Positions 54,776 through 64,000 of a DNA stretch of 64,000 nt are shown piece by piece. The DNA comes from Eledone cirrhosa (Eukaryota). The position numbers were made by a program, and so were the translations under genes. Position 1 is the first letter of the stretch. Each line of letters begins with the position of its first letter. The stretch is from contig OZ024742.1 of assembly GCA_964016885.1 (NCBI GenBank), positions 255,316,001 to 255,380,000 on the forward strand, given 5' to 3'. The notes under the pieces were generated by a model. It ran no database searches. It was not told the origin of the DNA and saw nothing but the letters and a program-made list of their open reading frames with translations.

Positions 54776-55596
54776 GTAAGTATTTTACTGATATTTTCTG
54801 CTTATTCTTTTATTAGCTGTTCTTTCCTTGTTGCTCATAGGAATCACCATCATTCCATGTCCATTTTTCAATGCTGGTAAGGGCTGCAATGGTGTGAAAT
54901 TAGATTAATTGGAGAACCACTTCTTGTTTGTTCCATTTTAGGCATGGATATGATGATGATATCTTAAACATTAATGGATACATGTATCATCATCATCGTT
55001 TAACGTCTATCTTCCACGCTAGCATGGTCTTTATTCTCTTTTGGTGTTACACCAAAATTGTTTTAGGTCAAGACCAGAAATTTATTTTTATAGGAGATAA
55101 TGGGATGGTAAAATGCTCCCAGTCAACTCTAAAGTGGTAGTTCTTGTATAACAAAAATGTACCCAGTACATCCTGTCAGATGGTTGGTGTTAAGAAGGGC
55201 ATCTAGCTGTAGCAACCATGGCAACCTGTGCCATTATTGAAAGGGGGTGCGTCTTATTCAGCCTGAAAATATTTAACAATTTCATTGCCATATTTCTAAC
55301 GATACTGTTTGTGATGTCAGTTATGCCTACTATGGAAAAGTGGGTGTAAAATGTTTGAATTCTGAAGTTTCACATTGTAGTAAAGAAATTTAAGTCTACA
55401 CCGTAGAAGATAAACTCTTAACATTTTATAATTCTGAAAATAGATTTGTAGTGTATATACTAGTAGTCAGATGGTAAACATTTACAGTATTAGAGACTAA
55501 TGTTTCATATGATGTAGTCATTGTGCTGTTTTATTTTGCTAATGTGGTTTCATGTGATATAGAATGATAAGTTAAAGTTATTCCATTATTTTTCAG

Positions 55597-55683
55597 GAAT
55601 TCCACTAGACATGCAACGACTTGTGTTCTCAGGCAAACAATTAGATGAAACTGCCAGACTGTGTGAATATGGTGTTGGTGCAG
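55597..55683 (+). CDS. RPL40: UBL-eL40 fusion, coding exon 2: GIPLDMQRLVFSGKQLDETARLCEYGVGA(G)
   Basis: TTTTCAG| acceptor and G|GTAAT donor. 87 nt, phase 1-1; aligns to ubiquitin residues 35-64. Confidence 0.95.
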
Positions 55684-56589
55684 GTAATGTTGGTGTTTTT
55701 GTTGTTTTATTTTCAAGTTGCTTAGGTGGTTCCAGTGTATCATGGTGAAAAATTTTCATCAGTTTTGAGTTGTACATGGAAGAAGTTCCAGGGCCTGAGT
55801 GGTATGATAGTGTGGAGAGGAGTGTCACTGAAACTGAAGAGAAAGGTGCATACTCCATGTGTGAGAAATACTATGATGGTGACACATGGGTGATGAACAT
55901 TTTTGCTGGGGGAAAATGGAAATTAGAATAGTTTGGTGAATAAGTAGTGTACTGCTCAGGAAGCGGAAGACATGTGGATGATAGAAATAGAGCCAATGAT
56001 GAGTGAGATGGTACTGACAGTGTAAGAGGTATAGAGCCAGTGATGAATTCTGTGCAAAGAAGTGGAATGAGATGATTGGGTTGTGTGTTGAAGAAAGATG
56101 AATATGGATGTCGAGGAAGGGAAAGGCAAAGACAGAGCTAGCTAAACATAAAAGCTGGGATGAGTGTAGAGGATAGGGCAAACTAGAGAAGCTTATTTCC
56201 TACTAGGGCAGAGAAAATGACTTTGAAGTGCTTGTGTTTGAAATAGGTAGTATTTGATGAGAAGGTGTAGTCCAAGCAGTATGTTTTAGAAGTTTGCTTC
56301 ACAACATGGTTCAGTGTTTGTTCCGACTGCAGCACCATGAGCAATTGTTTTATTCTCTGGTGTCATCTGTGTTTGATTTGGTTGGTAGAAATTTTGCGGT
56401 ATCTCATAGTGTGTATATGTATGCATGGCCAAATAGTTAGGGTGTTGGGCTCCTGGGCAGAGTATTGTTTTTCAGGAAGACACTTCATTTCATGATGAAA
56501 TTGGAGACCCCATTATTAAAACACTTTAAAAACCTGCATATGTGTGAGAGCTGTAAATTTAATTTGCTTTTTCATATATATATACATAT

Positions 56590-57360
56590 AGATTATCATC
56601 ATCATACGTCCATTTTACCAGGTTTGAATGTGTTGGGCGGGTATTTTCTTTTATGACATCCTTCCATTCATTGTGTTCGTTTGTCGTTTCTGTGAACTTC
56701 AACAATTTGAGATCAGCTCTTCTACTGTGGCTTCCTTCCATTAGGATTTCTTGGCACTTCAATCATCCATGCACATCATATGTAAATACTGCTTGCACAT
56801 AACGTCTGATTCCTCTTATACCCAATTTTTCTCTTAAGTCACTGTTGATTTTCACATTTCACACACATTAACATTGCACATTTATTGAAGCATGCTTGCA
56901 TTCGTTGGCCATGTTTCACTACCATGCAACTTTTCACATTGTATGCAAACATCATTCAGCTGGGGCCTTTTTTCTTAGAGAAGCCTTTTGTTAAGTTGCT
57001 CCCTGAACATTCTCTATCCTGTTTTTATTTTAGCTACAATGCTATCAGAGCACTATCCATTATTAATTAGATCACCTAGGTAGCAGAAGCTATCAACCAC
57101 TTCTATGGATCCTTCCTAGGATTGTAAAAAGTTTATATTTTATTGATGCTCCTACTATCCCTGTAAAAAAGTTTACCTTTTATGTTAGTCTGCCTGCTAT
57201 CGCAGTACACCTTGTGTACCTAACATTTACATTGTTCAGAGTTTCTGCATGTCAAGCAGGCAACTTTCCTGATCAGATATGTGTGTTATTGTTTACATTT
57301 AGCTGCTGCTTTTGATAGTATTTTGTTTAATTCGGCTTCCTGTAGTACTTTAGCACAGAT
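56590..57360 (-). mobile_element. Degenerate RTE LINE 3' part in intron 3
   Basis: Reverse complement matches the 9100-9975 region (GTGGTTGATAGCTTCTGCTACCTAGGTGATC, KCQEILMEG) with a GAT tail. Confidence 0.75.
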
Positions 57361-57610
57361 TTTTTTAGTTCACCTTGACTAGTGGACAGATCAGCGAGTA
57401 AATACTTTGATGCAGTAATTGTGCAAAGAGTCATTATCATTATTTTGGTATATCAATATTATTTTTAAAAATGATTTACACCTTGTGCCTATGTAAGTTT
57501 AGCTGGCCTCGTAGGCGTTTTAATGATCAAAGCCCATCCAATCATAATATACAGTTTTGTTCATAAATTATATTTTCTGAATTCTTATTTAAATATATTT
57601 TGTCTTGCAG

Positions 57611-57713
57611 GAAGTACTCTTCATTTGTTGCTCCGCCTTCCCGGAGGTATTATTGAGCCTAGTTTACGTATGTTGGCATCTAAATACAACTGTGAGAAGA
57701 TGATTTGCCGAAA
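57611..57713 (+). CDS. RPL40: UBL-eL40 fusion, coding exon 3: [13 protein letters not shown]|[21 protein letters not shown](K)
   Basis: TTGCAG| acceptor and AA|GTGAGT donor. 103 nt; contains the di-Gly junction and the start of eL40. Confidence 0.97.
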
Positions 57714-58894
57714 GTGAGTATAAAATTATTGCTGTTAGTAGCTAGATATGGTATATTGTACAGAAGGAAAGAGAGCTGCTCTGGAGCAAGGAATACTCAA
57801 TCTCATTCTTACAGTAAAGAAGTCTCTCTAGATGAATCAATGACCAACAACTTGTTATTGATACCACAATAAAGCACCTAGACCACAAAGTCAAATGGTA
57901 GTGGTGGTGTTATAAAAGTTAAAAGAATTCACTTGATATGAGAAATGTTGGGTTTGATTCTTCTGTCCACTTATTTTCATTTTCTGAAGTATTTTACGGG
58001 TTTTCTTAACTATTATTTATAGCCATTGATTATTGTTATGGTCATTTACATTGGGATGCACATATTTCAAATTAGAAATTTTGTTTTGGTGTGCTGCAAG
58101 AAATTGAACCTAACAAAGGAAATAAATAGATAAATAGAGGGATGCTATACTAAAGAGGACTTATCTAACTCGTACAACCATGGGAAAACAATGGAAATAA
58201 TTCATCATAATGTTATGGAAGAACCATTGCTAACTTGTTTCAAATGCCATCTTATTAAAAAATATTTTACTAAATCCCTTCAAATTCTGTTTTCAAATTC
58301 TGTTTAAAATAAAATTTCTTAAAGACTTGTGTTTTTCGATAAATATAAACATTTAAAAACAAATTTTGTAGTGTAGAAGCAGGGTGCAGTTTGGTTAAGA
58401 GGGATTTGGCTGCTATATTTAGTAGCTGCTTGGAAATTTTGTTGTGGGAATAGATTAAATTCCTTCATTTAGTTTCATTAGTGTTGTCTTTTACCACATT
58501 AGCAAGGCATTCTTAATACTATAAATTAAATCACAAAGTCTTTGCTCTAACACTGCAAATGTTCACAATAATCTGACAACCAATATAGATACTCTAAATA
58601 TTTGAGTTAACAAATCTAAATGTTTATAGTTAAAAAGATTTTCCTACCATTAACTTGATGTAGTGTTAACTTTTTAACATCTATTTTCCAAGTTTTCGTA
58701 TATTATATATGTAATGGGGCGTATATGAAGCATTAGCTGCTAAATGATTGTCGAATGGGGATCACTGATGAAGGATTAACTGTCCTGAAATATATGGCAT
58801 AATCACAGCATATAAATATATTGTATATGCTTCTATATACGCCTATTTTGAATCACTATTAGTGCTATTGCTAATATATATACATTTTTTTCAG

Positions 58895-58988
58895 ATGCTA
58901 TGCTCGTCTCCATCCACGTGCGACCAACTGCCGGAAAAGGAAATGTGGACATAGTAACAATCTGCGTCCAAAGAAGAAGCTAAAGTAA
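58895..58988 (+). CDS. RPL40: UBL-eL40 fusion, last coding exon: [31 protein letters not shown]
   Basis: TTTTCAG| acceptor, 94 nt ending in TAA at 58986-58988. Canonical eL40 zinc-finger C-terminus. Total CDS is 387 nt (128 aa). Confidence 0.97.
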
Positions 58989-59019
58989 ACGTTGCATATT
59001 TTATTGTAATGTTCAGCTG

Positions 59020-59025
59020 AATAAA
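59020..59025 (+). terminator. Polyadenylation signal of the RPL40 gene
   Basis: AATAAA 31 nt after the stop codon, followed by a GT/T-rich tract at ~59045-59065. Confidence 0.8.
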
Positions 59026-60769
59026 CATTGAGACATATTTGAATTTATAGTTGTTTTCTTTATTTAAAAATGCACCAGGTACACCATGTAAGGTAGTTGA
59101 GGTTAGGTATAGCATTTAACTAGTTACTTTGCCTAAATGGTCAATATGGTTCTACAATGATGTGGATATCGCAATTTTTCTAGTATTATAAAGGGCTTTT
59201 CGGTCATGCCCTGGACATGACAATTCTTCTGGTGCTATGATGAAATGCACCCAGTACACTAGTGGCCAAAGGAGTTTGGCAATGATGTAGGTATTACTGT
59301 CATGGTGAAATATACCTAGTACATTATGTAATGGTCAAAAAGACACTTCAATCATATGGACATAAAGATGAAATGCACCCAGTACACTGTAATGGTCCAG
59401 ATGACTCTTCAATGACAGACCATGCAATCAGTCCTATGATGAAAGACAGGCTGTCAAAAAGTCTCTAATTGTGTCATGGACCTTACAGTGTGAGAATATA
59501 TTTTATATTGACGCGGCCAACTCGCTTGTCCCTGATATTAGTGGTGCCATCCAGTCCCAGCCTCCAAAATATGGTTTGTCGTGTGGAGAGTTCTCGGGTG
59601 CTACTGTGAGGGGGTTGGTGCAGCCAAATTGGCCTGTCCTTTCTCTGGTATCATTCAGTGTCGGGCTCCAAAAACCGTGTTCCTGCTGTGAGCCAGGCTC
59701 CCATACTGTGGTTCCGCATCTACACTTCCTCAGCTTTGTCATCCAGTACCAGGCCCCTAAACTATGGTTACACTGAGATGGGTTCGGTGTGGCCAACTGG
59801 CCTGTCCCTCATGGCAGTGCCATCCGATACTAGGTCACGAAACCATGGCTATTCTGTTAGATCGATGCCATTCAGTACTGGCCTCTTCACATAGTGGTGC
59901 CATCCAACCCGGTGGCTATGCTGTGAGATGGGTCAGGCTCCTTGTATTGGTGCCCTTTAGTACTGGTTCCATTGTGGGACGGGTTCAGCGCAGCCAACTG
60001 GCCTGTCCATCCTCATGACAGCCATCCAGTCCCACATTGTAAATGCGGTTGGTGTTAGGAAGGGCATCCATATGTAAAATACCCTACCAAATTTAGTCCT
60101 TGCTGGAGCAAGGTGTGACATGACCAGTTTTTCCACCCAACATGGACGAGCTATCTAACCTATTCAAGCATTGAAGAATTGAAACTAAACGGAAATGATA
60201 ATACACAATATATAGTTCACATTAAATACACAATATAGATTTCACATATACAATTCAATTCACAACAATAGCTAAGATACAACATGGAAACCAAGTGCTA
60301 CAAAATATAAAAAAAGTTTTTGCATTGTTGATGCTATCTGCTGGCCACAACATTTATTACTGTTGACAATTAACAAGTACCAACTTACCACACGGAATCA
60401 GCAACAAGTCTATATCAACGAAGGTGACAAACCAGTGGTTACCAATCTGATAGTAACAATAACAATGGAAAATATCTGCCATATTTCAAAGTTACCTTGC
60501 GTGATGGCATGTAGCTGAAAGAATAAGAGGTTCAGCTCACGAACGTAAGGTTATAAATTTGGTTCCTGGATGTGTGTTGTGACCTTGAGCAACACATTTT
60601 ATTTCACATTAGTCAAATTCAATCTGCTGGAAAAAATTATCTGCAAAAAAGAGCAAGAAACGTAATGTGATACTGTGTTAAGCTGAATCTTCCTGAGAAT
60701 TACTTCAAGAATATACATGTCTATAGAATGCTCAGCAAGCTACCTGCTAATTTCAAAAGCAACCTGACA

Positions 60770-63468
60770 GAGCTAGGTCAATATCACATTGTACCACGTT
60801 GGTTACAATAAGTGACAGATGTCAATATCACATTGTACCGCGTTGGTTACAATAACTGACATGTCAATATCACATTGTACCGCGTTGGTTACAATAACTG
60901 ACATGTCAATATCACATTGTACCGCGTTGGTTACAATACCTGACAGATGTCAATAATACATTGTACCAGGCTGGTTGCAATAATTGACAGATGTCAATAT
61001 TAAATTGTACCATGTTGGTTACAATGATTGACAGATGTCATTGTACCACGTTTACAACGACTGACAGATGTCAATATCACATTGTACCGCGTTGGTTACA
61101 ATAATTGACAGATGTCAATATCACACTACCACGTTGGTTACAATGACTGACAGATGTCAATATCACATTGTAACACTTTGGTTACAATAACTGACATGTC
61201 AATACCACACTGTATCACGGTTACAATACCTGACATATGTCAACATCACATTGCGTCATGATGGTTCAATCAACGTAATACAATGTGATATTGACATCCT
61301 CCAGCTATAGGAACTTACATTATACATTGTAATATTGACATCTGTCATTTATAGGAACTAACGTGATACAATGTGATATTGACATCTGTCAGTTGTAATA
61401 AGCAACATGATAAAATGTCATACTGACATCTGTCATTTATAGGAACCAACATGAATTTATGTGATATTTAGCTGCAGTAGAGATGATATAATAGTATACT
61501 GATTATCAAATGCAACATATATATAAATATAGTAAAATAAAAAAAATATATGTATTTATACATAAGATGTCAATATTACATTGCATCATTTTGGTTCCTG
61601 TAACTGGTAGATGTCAATATCACATTGTATAATGTAAGTTCCTATAACTGACTGAAGATGTCAAAATCACATTGCATAATGTTGGTTACTATAACTGACA
61701 GATGTCAATATCACATTGTATCACTTTGGTTACTATAGCTGACAGATGTCAATATCACATTGTATCAGATTTGTTACTATAACTAACAGATGTCAATATC
61801 ACATTGTATCCTGTTTCCTATAACAGACAGATGTCAATATCACATTGTATCCTGTTTCCAATAACTGACAGATGTCAATATCACATTGTATCCTGTTGGT
61901 CCCCATAACTGACAGGTGTCAATATCACATTGTATCATGTTAGTTCCTGTAACTGACAGGTGTCAATATCTCGTATCATATTGGTTCCTATAACTGACAG
62001 ATGTCTGTCACATTGTATCATGTTCGTTCCTATAACTGACAAATGTGAATATCACTTTATGTCATGTTGGTTCCTATAACTGACAGATGTCAATATTATA
62101 TCGTATACTGCTGGCTCCTATATCTGACAACAGATGTCAATATCACATTGTAGCATGTTGGCTCCTATAACTGACAGATGTCAATATTACATTGTATCAT
62201 GTTGGCACCTATAGCTGACAGATGTCACTATGACATTGTATAATGTAAGTTCCTATAATTGACAGATGCCACTATCACATTGTAACATGTTTGTTTCTAC
62301 AACTGACAGATGTCAGTATCATTTTGTATCATATAAGTTCCTATCACTGGCAGAAGATGTCAATATCATATTGTATCATATAAGTTTCTACAACTGACAG
62401 ATGTCAATATCATATTGTATCATATAAGTTCTTATAACTGACAGATGTCAATATCATATTGTATCATATAAGTTCTTATAAATGACTGATGTCAATATCA
62501 TATTGTATCATATAAGTTTCTACAACTGACAGATGTCAATATCATATTGTATAATATAAGTTCTTATAAATGACTGATGTCAATATCATATTGTATCATA
62601 TAAGTTCTTATAACTGACAGATGTCAATATCATATTGTATCATATAAGTTCTTATAACTGACAAATGTCAATATCATATTGTATCATATACGTTTCTACA
62701 ACTGACAGATGTCAATATCATATTGTATCATATAAGTTCTTATAACTGACATATGTCAATATCATATTGTATCATATAAGTTCTTATAAATGACTGATGT
62801 CAATATCATATTGCATCATATAAGTTCCTATAACTGACAGAAGATGTCAATATCATATTGTAACATATAAGTTCTTATAACTGACAGATGTCAATATCAT
62901 ATTGTATCATATAAGTTCTTTTAACTGACAGATGTCAATATCATATTGTATCGTATAAGTTCTTATAAATGACTGATGTCAATATCATATTGTATCATAT
63001 AAGTTCTTATAACTGACAGATGTCAATATCATATTGTATCATATAAGTTCTTATAACTGACATGTTAATATCATATTGTATCATATAAGTTCTTATAACT
63101 GACAGATGTCAATATCATATTGTATCATATAAGTTCTTATAACTGACATATGTCAATATCATATTGTATCATATAAGTTCTTATAAATGACTGATGTCAA
63201 TAACATATTATGTCATGCTGGTTCCTATAAATGATAGATGTCACTATCACATTGTATCACGTTCTTTACTGACAGATGTCAGTATCCCATTGTATAATGT
63301 TGTTTACTATAACTTACAGATGTCATTATTACGTTGGTTCCTATAACTGACAGATGTCAATATCACATTGTATCATGTTGGTTCCTATAACTGACAGAAG
63401 ATGTCCGTATCAATTGTAATATGCTGGTTCCTATAACTGATAGAAGATGTCAGTATCACATTGTCTCC
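60770..63468. repeat. 44-bp satellite array (~2.7 kb) with an inverted block at ~61275-61470
   Basis: Unit GTCAATATCACATTGTATCATGTTGGTTCCTATAACTGACAGAT, with period 44 (for example 62401 and 62445). The reverse-complement form CAATGTGATATTGACATC appears at 61281 and 61369. Confidence 0.97.
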
Positions 63469-64000
63469 TGCTGTGTGCTACACTATCATTCATCATTTCA
63501 TTTTATGTCCGCTTTTTCCCTGCTTGCAAGGGTGGGACGGGAACTGATACTGGCTTGATTTCTACAGCTGGATGCCCTTCCTAACACCAACGTTATTTAC
63601 AGTGAACGCTGGGTGCTTTTTTTGCCGTGGCACCTCCATGACCACTTTGCAGGGGAATGATAGGGACCCCAGTCCCTATCATCTCATTTCTACAGCTGAG
63701 TAAACCGGAGCAATGTGAAATAAAGTGTCTTGCTCAAGGAAACAACACATTACCTGGTCTGAGAATTGAACTCACAACCTTTCGATTGCAAGACCAATGC
63801 TCTAACCACTAAGCCATGTGCTTTGAGAAAATGTTGAAAAGTGTACCTATCAAAAATTTGATATTAGGAAGTAAACATCTATCACTGAATTTACTTTTCT
63901 AAATATATGTAAGGTAGATAAAATATAGTTTATAATGAAATAGGCGAATGTCTTGTGAATATCTGATGTATTTAAGATAAGACAGGCGATAGAGAATTGT

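Noticed and set aside
54673-57650. Head domain interpreted as NEDD8, FUBI or canonical ubiquitin
   Set aside because: It has R72 (NEDD8 has A72), is fused to eL40 rather than eS30, and differs from ubiquitin at half of its positions.
54673-58988. RPL40 locus as a pseudogene
   Set aside because: It has an intact frame, canonical splice sites, conserved eL40 cysteines, a promoter and a poly(A) signal.
59471-60018. Overlapping ORFs downstream of RPL40 as a gene
   Set aside because: No recognisable domain or splice structure; explained by a GC-richer repeat.
60770-63468. CRISPR-like array
   Set aside because: The units are contiguous and homologous over their whole length, with no unique spacers and no cas genes, in a eukaryotic context.
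63745-63822. tRNA gene on the minus strand
   Set aside because: The tRNA-like A/B-box head continues into a SINE body seen several times elsewhere, and it does not form a clean cloverleaf.

Overview
AT-rich, repeat-dense eukaryotic DNA. The mix of tRNA-derived SINEs, RTE LINEs with (GAT)n tails, Helitrons, Penelope-like elements and long microsatellites suggests an invertebrate, probably a mollusc or cephalopod (inference). About 50 kb is decayed mobile DNA. One intact host gene was reconstructed by hand on the + strand; the ORF track misses it because it is spliced. It is a 5-exon UBA52/RPL40-type gene at ~51088-59040 with a TCT/5'TOP promoter, encoding 128 aa. The C-terminal 52 aa are a well-conserved ribosomal protein eL40. 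The N-terminal 76 aa are not ubiquitin but a ubiquitin-like domain only 38/76 identical by my manual alignment, lacking 5 of 7 lysines and ending LRLPGG. This is the most notable observation. Secondary ones are minimal hammerhead ribozyme cores in Penelope-type remnants, a 44-bp satellite with an internal inversion and a palindromic TGACA motif, nested and fold-back transposons, and two RTE copies sharing the same lesions. Repeat boundaries are approximate and nothing was checked against databases.
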